In this document: positions 11,953 to 24,836 of the stretch, in pieces
Layout: every line of letters starts with the position of its first letter
Position numbering within the stretch: position 1 is the stretch's first letter
Assembly (NCBI GenBank): GCA_018398765.1
Contig: JAHBMJ010000526.1
Span: forward strand, 1 to 46,152
Direction of reading: 5' to 3'
Length of the DNA stretch: 46,152 nucleotides
Source of the DNA: Chromera velia
Lineage: Eukaryota
Program-made: the position numbers and the translations under genes
Notes under the pieces: generated by a model
Told to the model about the DNA's origin: nothing
The model's input: the letters and a program-made list of their open reading frames with translations, nothing else
Databases searched by the model: none

Positions 11953-13545
11953 AACGAGACGGGAGATCGGGTCAGCAGCGCCGCTCGGTTCTTCAGGTGA
12001 GTCACAGAATTAACTGGGTGGGTGCCCTGACCATGCATGCACTACCCTCCCCTCCCCCCTCCTCTCTCTGTTCATCTGACCATGCAACCTATCACCACTC
12101 CTCCTCTTCCTCCGCGAGGGTTGCGACCCACCCCTCAGTTTCCTCCTCCCCCCCTCCCTTCCGTCTATCCCCGCTGCAGCTTCTGACCTTGATCCTTTGT
12201 GTGAGCAGACGGACAAACAATTTCACTTCACGGTGGGGGGTCAGGAGGGGATAAACGAAAGGGAAATTCATTCTTTGTGTTTTTCGCCCTCTTCTTTCTG
12301 CGTCTGCTCTTATGAATGATGGACGAGAGGGGGAAAAGTGGAACTGGTTGACTGGATGGAAAAAGGAGGAGGATTGACGTCGTTGTTGCGTCCTCTTGCG
12401 ACTTTATGTCCGGTGATTCAGAACAGGAAAACAAAAACGATAAAAGCGAGGTGGTTTCATTCATCCATTCATTCATTCGTTTCTTCGTTCATTCATTGAC
12501 AGCATTTGATTTTGATTGGAAAGTATTGAAGTCTTCTCATGAGTTCATGCGCCCATCGGTAGGTTGGCGATCAGCATGTATGTACATACAAAAATACGAA
12601 GAGCCTGGTAAGTGCTCAGTGAATTCCATTCCTCGGTGATCTGTTTGAACGATCGAGCCGGTGCATTTCTTCCGCTGTCCGCGGGGGACGCGGGAAGGCA
12701 CACAAGATGGTCGAAACGAAGGGAGGACTGCAGTGATCCGACAAAACTGGATTGTGCGATCGAATACAATGGGCTGATGAGCTGCGTCCGTCCATTAAAT
12801 GCGTTTTTGCGTGCGCATCCATCCTTGTGTCTCCCTCCCTCCCCCCCTGTCTGATTCCTGCATGCATTCCTGTCTGTCCGTCTCTTTCATTGTGATGCAT
12901 TCCCTTCATTCTTGAGTCTCATTCGAGCCAGCCTCTCTGTCATCTGGTGTGCTGCTTCGTGTCCCTGTCTCTTGACGATTTACTCTTTAGCTCTTTTCCT
13001 TTTCAAAAAAAGATCTTCATAAAATTCACCCTCTTTTTTCTCTCGGATCGGCTCAGCGGTCTGTCTACCCACCTGTCTGTCTCTCTGTCTGTAAATGTCC
13101 CTGCATGTCTGTGCCTGCAGGAAAGGAGAACTACAGCGGAAGGAAAACTTTTCTTCGGATGTTCGACTCCTCGCCGATCCTCCTTGCAAGGCATCCTTTG
13201 GTGGTCTGCGTGGTCTCTTTGGAAGCTTCTCTCTCGCACTTTCTTCGTTGACTCCATCTTTCCTTCATCCGTCTGTCTGTCTGTGTGTCTTCCTTTCGTT
13301 TCTTTTCTCTTCTTTCAGTACTTCGGGTCCTCCCTTGCTTGGAGACCGGGCAGGGAAACAGACCATCGATGAAAAGGGGGGGAAATGGAGGACAGATGGG
13401 AGCGTGGACTCGGAGCCCGGTGCAGGGGTGGGTGGGGGGACGATTCATGTTGACAGGGAGGGATCGCGAAAATGGGAAGTGCATGCATGCCTGCATGCTG
13501 ATTTGCTCTGGCCTGGTTTCGTTGAAGGGGGGGGGGGGGGGGGGG

Positions 13546-13867
13546 NNNNNNNNNNNNNNNNNNNNNNNNNNNNNNNNNNNNNNNNNNNNNNNNNNNNNNN
13601 NNNNNNNNNNNNNNNNNNNNNNNNNNNNNNNNNNNNNNNNNNNNNNNNNNNNNNNNNNNNNNNNNNNNNNNNNNNNNNNNNNNNNNNNNNNNNNNNNNNN
13701 NNNNNNNNNNNNNNNNNNNNNNNNNNNNNNNNNNNNNNNNNNNNNNNNNNNNNNNNNNNNNNNNNNNNNNNNNNNNNNNNNNNNNNNNNNNNNNNNNNNN
13801 NNNNNNNNNNNNNNNNNNNNNNNNNNNNNNNNNNNNNNNNNNNNNNNNNNNNNNNNNNNNNNNNNNN
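13546..13867. other. Assembly gap preceded by poly-G
   Basis: Run of N. Confidence 1.
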
Positions 13868-14279
13868 GAGGGAGGGAAGGAGGGGTTTGACTAAAAGCCA
13901 AAGTGAGTCACTCGACTCGGCTAGCTGGTTGGGTGGGCAGGTGCGGGGGTGTGGGGCTGTGAATGACAAGAAGGAGGACCTTCTCGCGGGAGGAATTGAT
14001 TTGAATCAATGTGCTCGTGCATGTGGGTGAAACACAAGCCCAGGCATATATCGGGGGAGGGGGGTTGGTGTAGAGGAAAACCGTTGCGTCAGTTTTCTTT
14101 TGTCTTAATTTCAGTTCCTCAGTGGAGATAGGATAAGGAAGGAATCGAATTGCGATGCGTTCTTTAATGTGTTTAGCTGTTTTCTCTGTCTGGTCCTGTG
14201 TCTGTGATGCCGCATCTTTCTTCTTTCTTTCTCCTGCGGCCTTCAGAAAAGAGGCGTTTTCAGAGAAGAAGTCGTTTTA

Positions 14280-14810
14280 GAGATTCAAATGGGGCACAAC
14301 TGCATAATATGTATTAGCACCTCCATCTTCGTATCATCAAACTAGTCATCAAACAGTTAGACAAAGCAAGACAAAATCACAAATTATAAGACTTTAAAGC
14401 CTCTTAACTAGCCTCTTGATTCTTTTTCCAGAGATAAAATAAGGAATTTTAATTTTGTTAGTTTTTCTAAGATTTTTAGATTCATCGCTAAATTCTTGTA
14501 TGCAGTGTACACATTTAGATAAATTTATCTTTAGAGTCTAGAATCATCTAGAAATTTGTATGCCTAGTTTAAGTAGCAGTACTAATTACCAGTGCAGTTT
14601 AAATTGATTTAGGACTTAATTTATTAAAGTACGAAACATATTTCACAGACATAGGATAGGATAGGATAGGATTTATGTTTCGGGTCACCCCGCGGTCCAC
14701 TGCCGGGCCTCAACTTGTTATCCTAGATGTTACTAACTTAAGTCCTAGCTTAAGTCTCTAGTCAAAGATAATACATGCATGTGTAAGATCAACAGTGCTA
14801 AGAGCAGTGT
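14280..14810. other. AT-rich, CTAG-rich intergenic island between convergent LUC7 and RPT3, with (ATAGG)4 at 14651-14670
   Basis: Abrupt compositional change, no ORFs in the track, many CTAG/TAG/CTA words. Confidence 0.6.
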
Positions 14811-15196
14811 GATGTGTATGTCTTGTCAAGCATTTTAACTGTGCACTCCTGCTGCCTGCACCCCAAGCTACTCCGCCATCCGTACTACGCCCTGCACCTT
14901 TTTAGCAGAAGGAAAGAAGAGAGACGCACTTGTTTGATAACCAACCAAGAGCCTTTCGAAAAGAAGCCGTCGGCACTGCCACCCCTTCTCTTGCGTTGCC
15001 TGCATCACACTGCTAATCAGACACTCAACCGGCTTCCTTGTTCCCCTGTCCCTCCCTCCTTCGCCCCCTTTTGTTTTTTTTTCCTCGGATCTTCAAGAAA
15101 CAGGAAATTTCCCCCTTCAGGAGGATCGAGAAAGAACCCGTTTTTCTTGTTCAAGCGACCCATCAGAGAGAGGAGAAACAAAGAGGGACAGACAAA

Positions 15197-15377
15197 TCAG
15201 AGAGAGTAGAAGTCGAAATCCCTGTCGTGTTTCTTCACATGCGCCTTCCAGCCCTTCTCGAAGTCCTTCGGAAGAATCACGTATCTGCAACATCGAAGCA
15301 CAAAACTACTACGAATGAGCAGAAAAAATCATGAACAACTTCATACAGACCATCTCTCTCTCTCTCTCTCTCTCTCA

Positions 15378-15415
<38 letters not shown>

Positions 15416-15716
15416 CGAGATCTACAGGACAACATGGACCCTTGAAAGGGAGACAAACACGGGACCCTACACAAAAGTGATGAGGCAGATGAGGCTGCAC
15501 TTGCCTCTCTGCTCGGATAAGAATTTGTTCCTTCTACTTTGAACAATTTCAGGAACGTCCTCTGTTGCGAAGCCTGCCTTTCTGCACCTGGATGGAAACC
15601 CAGGGGCCAGAAAGGAATGGAAGAGAGAGAGAGAGAGAGAAAAAGAAACAAAAAAAGATTCTGCACACGTGATTTCTCTCCCCCACTCTTCCGCCCCACC
15701 TCTGTGTGGGTGTCTT

Positions 15717-15769
<53 letters not shown>

Positions 15770-16207
15770 CTCTCTCTCTCTCTCTCTCTTCTCCTGAAAC
15801 GCACAGAGAAAGCAATGACAGACCTGTTCTTCCGCACTGCCTGCATCCCCGCCTCCTGGCAGATGGCTGCGATGTCCGCAGCTGACACTTTCTCCGGTCG
15901 ACAAACATCTGCATAGAAGATGAGACCACACGAAAATACGAAGACACCCGTGCCCGCAGAGACAAGGGGAGAGAGAGGGAGGGAGAGAGGGCAAGGGGGA
16001 GAGAGAGGGGGCTGTCGAGCCCGCGCCCCTTCTTTCTTTGCTCCTTCTGTCTGCCAAAGGACACACATCAGAAGAAAGAAAGGCCGTTCCGTCAACGAAG
16101 CGAGCATTACCCTGTCGGGAGCCCATGTCTGCTCTCAACACAAGTGCCAAGAACGGTGAAAAAAGGGCAAAAAAAGCAAGTGTTGCGTGAAAGAAAGAAA
16201 GAAAGAG

Positions 16208-16238
<31 letters not shown>

Positions 16239-17601
16239 ACACTCACTCACTCACTCACTCACTCACAGTCTTCCAGGTCCACATCGTCTGAGAGGTTCAT
16301 CTTGGCCGTGATGGTCTGCACTCATCTCAAACAGAACAAATGAACAAACGAATCATTTTCGGAGAACACAAATAGACAGACAAGGAGGAGGCGCACAAAG
16401 TGCCCAACATTTGTCTTTGGGAATTTCTGTGAAGAAGCGCAAAGAACGCTGTCCAGACGAGAGAAGAAAAACACAGGGAGGGATAAACTCTTTCAAGACA
16501 CCAAAAAGAAATGAAGGAACACGCGGAAGCGCAGCAATACCAAGCCAGACGTCTCTGTGCGCCGTGATCCATTAGAAGAAAACAATGAGTGAATCTCAGA
16601 TTTCAACACACGCGTCTCACCCTCCTTTCTTTCTTGCCTTCCTTCTGCCTCCAAGCACCTGAAAAATCAGCCGCCTCTGTCTCCTGTCGGGAAGCGGAAA
16701 CTCGATCTTCCTGTCCAGCCGTCCTGCAGACAGGAAGGAAGGAGAGGAGGCAGGAGCTACCGAAGGAGTGAGGGGAAGTCGCGGCAGGAAGGCACATCTG
16801 ATGAACCTTGAAACCAATCTTCGACTGTCAACCAAATTGTCAGTCAGTCAGCTTGCTTTCATGTCTCTTCTTCTTGTGTGTCTGTGTGATTGTGTATTTG
16901 TGCGTTCCAGCTCTCCTCTCCCCTCCGGTGGACGATGCTGACAGGAAACAAAAGTTTTCGCTCTCATAACACCCGTCTCCCTTTGTTTCTCTGTCTGTGT
17001 GCTGTTTTTTATGTGCACACTTCGCAGGGCCGGCACTCAAGACAGCTGTGTGAGTGGGTGCATGAGCGTGTGAGTCAGTATCCCGGGAAAGGGGGAGAGA
17101 AAATCTTGGAAGGCTTACACTACACATGGGGTCAACCGACGCACAATAGGGGGAAGGAAAAGGGAGGAGGGAAGAAGCGCCAAAGCGGCAATCCGCCCGC
17201 CACTGAAAGACAGACTTTACGACTTTTTTTTTCTTTTCTCTTTCTTCATTTTCTTTTTCCACTGAAAGAAAGACGGACAGACAGAAAATCTATACGTATC
17301 TTTCTTTTCCCTCATTCCTTTTGTGTACGCAACAGCCAAAAAAGAAAGTAACCAGACAGACAGACAAACAAAAAGACAGACAGACCCGGTCGAAGGAGGG
17401 CAGGGTCGAGCGTGTCTGCACGGTTTGTGCACATGATCACCTGCAGAAAGGAAGGAGAGACATGAGTGAATGGTGTCTGAACAGACAGGGAGAAATCAAG
17501 AAAGACAGGAGGAAGCCATCAAAAGGGGGGGGCAGTCACAGAAGAAGTTTCAAGATTTCGACGGAAAAAAACACGTTCCCCTCATTCGAGCTGGGAGGGA
17601 C

Positions 17602-17633
<32 letters not shown>

Positions 17634-19454
17634 GTGCGTGTCTACACACCCGAGCGAGAGAGGGAGAGAGAGGGAGGGAGAAAGAAAACAACAGACGGAT
17701 ACATAGTTAATGATCTTTTTCTGCATTTCAACCCTCAAAAGACTGAAAAGGAAGGAAGGAAGACGGATCGGCAGAAGGGAAAGGAGAAAGAGATCGAGAG
17801 GGACGGCAAAAAGGAAATACAGGATGCACCACTGAAGTGTCCATGCACTTTCACAAAAACGACCAGAAAAGTGACTACGCCCGCTTGCGTTTGCCTTCAA
17901 AATGCTCTCTCATTCTCACCACGTCCCTTTCCTGCCCCTCCCCCGACGTAGCCAGCTAGCCGTCTCACCTTCACAGTGGTTGTCTGATCGAATCCATCCA
18001 TCTGGTTGAGGAGCTCCAGCAAGATCCTCTGCACCTCCCTGTCTGCTCCTGTCTGGGCGTCGAAACGCCTGAGGGAGAAGGAGAAGGGGACAGGCAGGAC
18101 GGAAACCGGAAACACATGAGGCAGGGAGAATTGGAACAGAGTTGGAAGCAAAGGGGGGGCTTCACAAGTCAACTTCACTCACTCACTCACTCACTCACTC
18201 ACTTTGTTGCGATGGCGTCGACCTCGTCAATGAAGACAATTGCGGGGGAATTTTCACGGGCCTGCGGGGAAAGTGAAAGAGAAAGTACATGGAGAGGGGA
18301 GATTCGTTTCAGCCAGCCTGGATCAGAAGCAATAGTGGCAAAATAATCTGTTCCCTCGATCAATCGATCGATCGCTCTGTCTGTCTGGCTGCATTCCTTC
18401 CTTCGCACATGCCCGGCTTGATACGGGTGCTTCGTTCCTTCTCTCCTTCGCTTCTTCCTTCCTTTCTTTCATTCGAAGCCGAAACAACCAGCCACGCGGA
18501 ATGACACCGACAACCAGCCAGCGAGGCAGCCAGCCAAAGAAGCAGATCCAGAGCCAGGTGCGTAGCCAGTAAACAGACTGTACGTCGTTTTCTTTCTTTC
18601 TTTCTTTCTTTCTTTCTGTCCTTCAGATGAACTGTCAGACAGACTGTATGTTCTTTCGTTGCTTTTCTTCCATTCAGATAGGCAGACAGACTATCTTTTC
18701 TTTCTTCTCTTTTTTTTGCTTCAGTCAGACAGACAGACAGACATACAGACAGACTATATGTTTCTTCTTCTCCCTTTTTTTCTTCATGAACACAACAGAG
18801 AAAAAGAAAGAAAGCAACAACAGACAGACAGAGATACAGACAGTCAGAAAGACAGACACACAGACAGTATGATTATTTTATTCTTCATTCGATTCGTTCA
18901 TTTACGAAAATCCACTTCGTTTTATGGGTCTCACGACAGCGCTGTGTCGGCCAGAGACAGACAGACAGACAGACAGGCAGGCAGGCAAACAGGCAGACAG
19001 GCAGGCAGGTATGTGCAGTTACGGGGAGAGACACGCACATGCATGGTGCCACCTGAAAAGTTCTCTCGAAACGAATGAGCAGAGGTGAGAAAGAGATGCA
19101 GAGAATTCAAAAGCACAATTCGGAATGGGTCGAGACTTTCTGAGAAAGCAGACCGACCAATCGAAACACATCCCGGACCATGCGCGGACCTTCTCCTGCA
19201 ATTCGTGCATTTGACTTTATTTAGACTTATTTTTGATCTTTCTTTCTTTCTTTCTTTCCTTTCCTTTCCTTTCTTTCCTTTCTTCCTTCCTTCCTTCCTT
19301 TCTTTCTTTCTTTCTTTTTTTTCTTTTCTTTTTTTCTTTTTTTCTTTTTTTCTTTCTTTCTTTTCTTTCTTTTCTTTCTTTCTTTCTTTCTTTCTTTCTT
19401 TCCCTCTTTCTTTCTTTCTTTCTTTCTTTTTTCTCCTCTTTCTTTCTTTTCTCT

Positions 19455-19492
<38 letters not shown>

Positions 19493-19864
19493 GTCTTCTG
19501 TCCTCTGACTTTAGATTCGTCCGCATTTGGGCTTGAGAACAAGAGCAAGAGAGAGAGAGAGACAAAAAAGGGGGGAAGGAGAGAGGGAGAGAGACACTCA
19601 GTGCCCCCTTTGGGAATTGCGTGTGCCTTCCGAACTTCCGCCCTCCCTGTTCCCCTCAGTAAGCACACCATCCACCCACACAAGGTAGACAGACCGACTG
19701 CGAACTGACAGACCGTATGTGTCTTTTTCTCCCTTCTCTTCTGACCCACATACAGACAGACTACATCGTCTTTTCTTTCCTTTTTTCTTCAGACAGGCAG
19801 AATGACTTCTTTTTTCTTCATTTTTTCCTTTCAAGCAAACAGACAGACAGACTATATCGTCTTC

Positions 19865-19896
<32 letters not shown>

Positions 19897-20140
19897 TATA
19901 TGTTTCTTCTTCTCCCTTCTTTTCTTCATGAACACAATAGACAAAAAGAAAGAAAGCAACAAAGACAAAAGAACATCACGACAACTCAGACAAAGTGGGC
20001 AGGGGGCCCGAAAGGTGAAAGTTAAGCGCCCCTTGCCTCTCCACCTCCCGACAGACTTTCACGTGATCACTGGTTTCACACGCTACTCCTCTGCTGCTTC
20101 CACTCAAGACAGGAAAGAGAAAACAGACAGACAGACAGAC

Positions 20141-20183
<43 letters not shown>

Positions 20184-22893
20184 GAGAGAAACAGAAAGAC
20201 AGCCAAACAGACCGAGATATTTTTGGACGAATTCAGACCCGACAACTCGAATGAAAGTTGCAATTGTGTGATTGGCAACCGCCTGCAAGCGACAAGAGAA
20301 CAGAACACAGAGAGTACAGGAGAGAAGGGGTCACTCAGGAAAACAACTGACAGACTGCAGACGTTATTATGAAGTCAATCAAGTCATGGTGTGCTTTTGC
20401 AACTATCCGCCTGCCTGCCTGCCTGCCGGTCAAGCTAGATTTGTGCTTTGAGTCTGCATGGAAAGAAGACGTGCAGCTCTTAAGAGGGATGGTCGCGATG
20501 CCTCCTCTCTCTCTTTTCCCTGCATGTGTCTTTGACCCCGGGGTCTCCTCACTGAGTCACCCACCTTTGCGAGCATCGTCTTTCCTGTTCCTGGGGGACC
20601 GTAGAGCAGAACGCCTCTGAAGGGAAGGGAAGGGAAGGGAAGGGATGTTGTTTGAAGCCAAACAAAATAAGGGAAGGAGGGGGGGGCGACAGGTGTGGAT
20701 GCAGTGGTCTGGTGTCGAGACAGGAATTCTGTGAATTGATCTCTGTTTGTTGAATGCAGTTGCCTCATTGATTCACCACCCTCACATGCATGGAGCTTTT
20801 TGAAGGCCCCCGCGGTCTTCTCTTCTCTTCTCTTCTGCAATTCCCTACCTCGATCATGCCTCTTGCCTCCCTCCTTTCTCATCTATGAACTCGCTGAGTG
20901 AACGAATAGAATAGCCTTCTGTTGGTGGCTGCATTATTTTTTTTTGATGAAGTCTTTTCTCCACTCTCCGTGGGTGTTCAGTCTCTTTCACTTTCTGCCG
21001 CTCCGCTCGCTCCCTCTCCCTCTCTCTTTCTCTCTCTCTCTGTGTGTGTGTGTGTGTCTCTCTCTCTCTCTCTGTCTGTGTTTGTGGTGAAGACACAGAC
21101 AGACTACACATCTCTTCCTTCTCTTCTTCTTCTCACGTGCACAACAGACAAACACACAGAGAAAGGCAGACAGGACAAGCGGTGTTCTCATGTCGTTGTG
21201 ATTCTTACAAAAACATTGACTCACTCACTCACCTACCCACCCGCCCCCGACTCCACATGCAAGTATGCACGCTGTCTTTCAAGCAACCCGGCTGACAAAC
21301 GAACGAACAAACGAGCGGACGGACGGACGTCGGAGGATCGATCCCGATCTGTTGGTAGAGCTCAGGGCACGAGAGGGGGAGCTCGACTGCTTCTCGAATC
21401 TCCTGCTTCTGGATGTCCAGACCTCCGATGTCCTGCATGCATGACGGAGGGCGGGCAGGCAGGCAGGAGCGAAGGGAGATGTGTTCGTTCATTCGCAGGC
21501 TCGTCGGTTCGTTGATTTAAGAACAGCAAACAAACACACAAGCAGGGAAGGATACAAATGAAAAGGACCAATGTGAGTTAGTGCATTGCAACAGGAAAGA
21601 GTGAGAAGCACAGGAAAAGAGAGCAAGAGGGAAGGAGGGGGAGAGGGAGAAAGGTACATGGGGGCGAGAGAGAAAAACGCAAACGAGACAGAAAAGCTTC
21701 AAGGTCTCATTTCGTCATGTCTGATGTCATCTGCTTTGTGCCACCTTAGAATTCACTCAATCTCGTCTTTGCTTGAGTGATGAAGCGACAGAGATGTACA
21801 GGGTAGCGTCAAGTTTCCTCTTCACCTCTTCGCGTACTCAAAGCACCCCTCTCCACGCGCAAACGAATCTTCTTTCCTTCCGGTCGGAACGCTCTGAGGG
21901 CCTCCCATACTCGCACAGGCCAGGCAAGGCAACGACGTCGAATCGGAGAAGAACTTTTGCCACACGCACCTACACAAGGGGGGTGGGAGAGGGAGAGGAG
22001 GGAGCTTCTGCACTGAGAGACTGACCGCATAGGTGACATCAGGCTTCTCCTGCATCTGGAGCATTTGGATCGTGCTGTCTGCCTCTGGGGGGAGGATGTC
22101 CACGACCGCGTGGGAGTGCCTGTGGAGAGCTGCCGAACAGGAAGGTTTCAAGTCCTCTCTGCAAGACAAAGAAAATATATTGACGGACAGTTTAAAGCAG
22201 CCCACAGAGAATTCTTGTAAAGCCCCACAGCATCGGATGGAATGCATGCTGGCCCCCCCCTTTGCAGACAGAGAAGGCACAGGGATCACTGAGAGCGTTC
22301 AGGAAGGACCTCAACCTCCACAGAAGTTCTGAAGAATAGACTGAGGGACGTATGGAGGAGTCGTCATGCAGAGATTCTGAGGACAAATCTTCGGCAGACT
22401 CGGAGGAGACGAAGGACAGAGGGGGGAGGAAATGAGTTCGAGCCAAAAAAAGAAATGTCACCCCTGCTGCACAAAGAGCAGCACTCTTCTGATACATGGC
22501 TTTGACCGGAAATGAGGAAGGGCGGGAGGAATGGAGGAAGGTCTTGCAGTGAATCTCATTGGCGGACCTGTTCAGAGTGGAGAGAATCCGCACATGATAG
22601 TTCGATCCGACGGTACTTGCAACTATTCCGTAATGCGCGTCGATCATTTCCAAGAACTGGCCTATGACGAGTGGCACGGACTGAATTCTCTTAATTTCCT
22701 CTTTCGCCCTGATCAGCTCTCTCTTGAGGTTCTTCTGTTCCTCCTTGATATACTCTTCTTGAATATCAAGAAACTCCAACTGCTTCTGGAGAGTCTTGAA
22801 TTTCAAGTAGAGGTCGTTCGCGTCTTCCTGCTCCTCATCAGCCTGGGTCATTACGACATCTGCCTGCTTCTCGACTACTGTCGCTGCTGCCAT
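15197..22893 (-). CDS. RPT3: 26S proteasome regulatory AAA-ATPase subunit RPT3 (6B/PSMC4), 13 exons
   Basis: Exons approx. 22568-22893 ([47 protein letters not shown]), 22025-22158 ([18 protein letters not shown]), 21330-21432 ([20 protein letters not shown]), 20565-20616 ([17 protein letters not shown]), 20212-20282 ([20 protein letters not shown]), 19158-19195 ([13 protein letters not shown]), 18203-18261 ([20 protein letters not shown]), 17969-18068 ([28 protein letters not shown]), 17387-17440 ([18 protein letters not shown]), 16658-16723 ([22 protein letters not shown]), 16268-16315, 15825-15909 ([19 protein letters not shown]) and 15197-15284 ([13 protein letters not shown]...DFDFYSL*). 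Confidence 0.97.
19220..19495. repeat. Long (TTTC)n/(CT)n pyrimidine microsatellite in an RPT3 intron
   Basis: Directly visible low-complexity run. Confidence 0.9.
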
Positions 22894-23167
22894 GATTTGT
22901 GTGGGTCAGAGGGGGGGCGTTACAGTGGACAAAAAGAAGGAGCGGGACGGAGACGACAGAGCAGTTCAACAGTAGACACAGTTGATTTCGATCTGACTCT
23001 GCAGAAAAACAGCGGACTTTACAGCGACAGTGCAACCAACGTCATTCACACGAGCTAGGTTCCATGAAAATATATATGACGACAGGTCGACACTGAAGAC
23101 TTTGCACCATCAATAGCTAAGGTTTGTATGCATCATGAATCATCTGCATGGGTGAAGAATGCATATA

Positions 23168-23224
23168 GAATGGCCCCGGAAAGCGAAGCGGGGGGCTCAT
23201 TTTTCTTGCTTTCCGGGGCCGTTC
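23168..23224. repeat. GC-rich hairpin upstream of RPT3
   Basis: GGCCCCGGAAAGC (23172-23184) pairs with GCTTTCCGGGGCC (23208-23220), extendable by GAAT/GTTC. Confidence 0.8.
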
Positions 23225-24013
23225 GCAAGCTTGCTTGCGTCAGATGCATGGTGAAGAGATCAACGCGCATCTCGACTTTTGCACGCGGAATCGCGCAACA
23301 TTTGTGCATGCGCGGAGTGTATATTGTATATGTATATACAATATACGTATATTGGGCCGTGTCTTTGATTAATATATTAAATATATGTTTTAATTTAATA
23401 TAGATTGTTTACATGTAATATCAATTTATAGTAGCTTTTTTAGTACATTAGATGTCACCCTAAATTTATTTCCTTGCATGTAAGAGTCATTGAATTTATA
23501 AATTAGTTTAAGTGAGTTGAAGCATCGAATGAATGCGGGCTGAGATGCATTCAATCTAGCATTTATTCTAACATTCAATTAAAATTACAAATAAATTTGT
23601 GCTTTATTTCTGAAGTATAATGTAAAAAAAAATGAATATAATTTACTGCATTACTATGTTTCAAAATGACAAACGATACTAGTATTATCTTATTATATTG
23701 TATTATATACTCCTATATTCGTATTAAATTAAAGAATGCTAAATGAAAAAATAAAAATAAATGATTGCTTTATTGATTGTTTGAATGAATTGAAGATAAA
23801 TATTTTTTCGAGCAGACTCGGAGCAGTTACTCAAGCATACAAGGTCGAGATTCTATTTTTTTTCATAGTTTATCTCTTCCTCCTGCTTTATGCTTGCCAG
23901 CTATGGTGTACTCTCCTGAGCGTAGCTGGACACTCAGGACCTCCTGAACTCTTCACGAAGCTCAGAAGGTACAGTCCCAACCAGGTCCGACCAGATACCC
24001 TTTCTTCCGTTCT

Positions 24014-24788
24014 CTATTGCCCCCCCTGAGGAGGAGGCCCTCGGAAGGAACCAACGGCCGGTAGAGGGATCGCAATGGGAGGGGGTGGAGGTGCAGACAG
24101 CGGAGCCGTTCGAGGGGCGAGTGTGTGACCGGAGGCAGAGGGGAGGGCCCACTGCATTGCCCTTGGTGCAGGAAAGACCGAGATGGGGATCAAACGAGGG
24201 GCTCCTCTCTGGACAGCCTCCCGTTGTCGCCTTGCAGCCTCACGCTTGTGTGCTGCTGCTTCTCTCCTCTCTCTCACCTTCTCCTCGTCAACGAGTTGCT
24301 GCACAGCTGCAACCCAGACTCGGTTCTCTTTCCTCTCCTCAGCTTCTGCAGCCTCTTGTGCCTTCTTCTCCTTTCGTGCCTCAAAGCAGACCGTCCTGGC
24401 TGCCTCCAGGAACTTCCGCTTCTCTCCTCTCTCCTTGTCTGTCTCGGGCTGTCGTGTGACGGGCTCAACGACTGTCTGCCCCCAACGACGAACAGCGACC
24501 CAGAAGGCTCCCCAAAGGTTGTCATGGTGCCTGCGTCTCCACACGCACTCTTGAAGGCAGGTCCCGATTTTGGCGGCTGAGTATTTGTTGTTCGGGATGA
24601 ACCTTTTGAGACCTGCATACACTTATAGGATAAAAGCGGCAGGAGAGGGGCAAAAGAAACTATCAGATTGTTAGACTTGAGGGAGAGTGAGAGAAAGAAA
24701 AATGGAGTGTGTTTGTGTTAGAAGAGAAAGAGAGAAGGAGAGAGTCAAGGAGAAAGAAAGAGAGAAAGAGAGAAGGAGAGAGTCAAGG

Positions 24789-24836
<48 letters not shown>

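Noticed and set aside
13095..14030. ORFs of 170-310 aa spanning this region, and similar ones at 11439-12013
   Set aside because: They are open only because they run through N gaps.
18931..19749. Long K/E/R-rich and F/S/L-rich ORFs
   Set aside because: They are translations of (TTTC)n microsatellite inside RPT3 introns.
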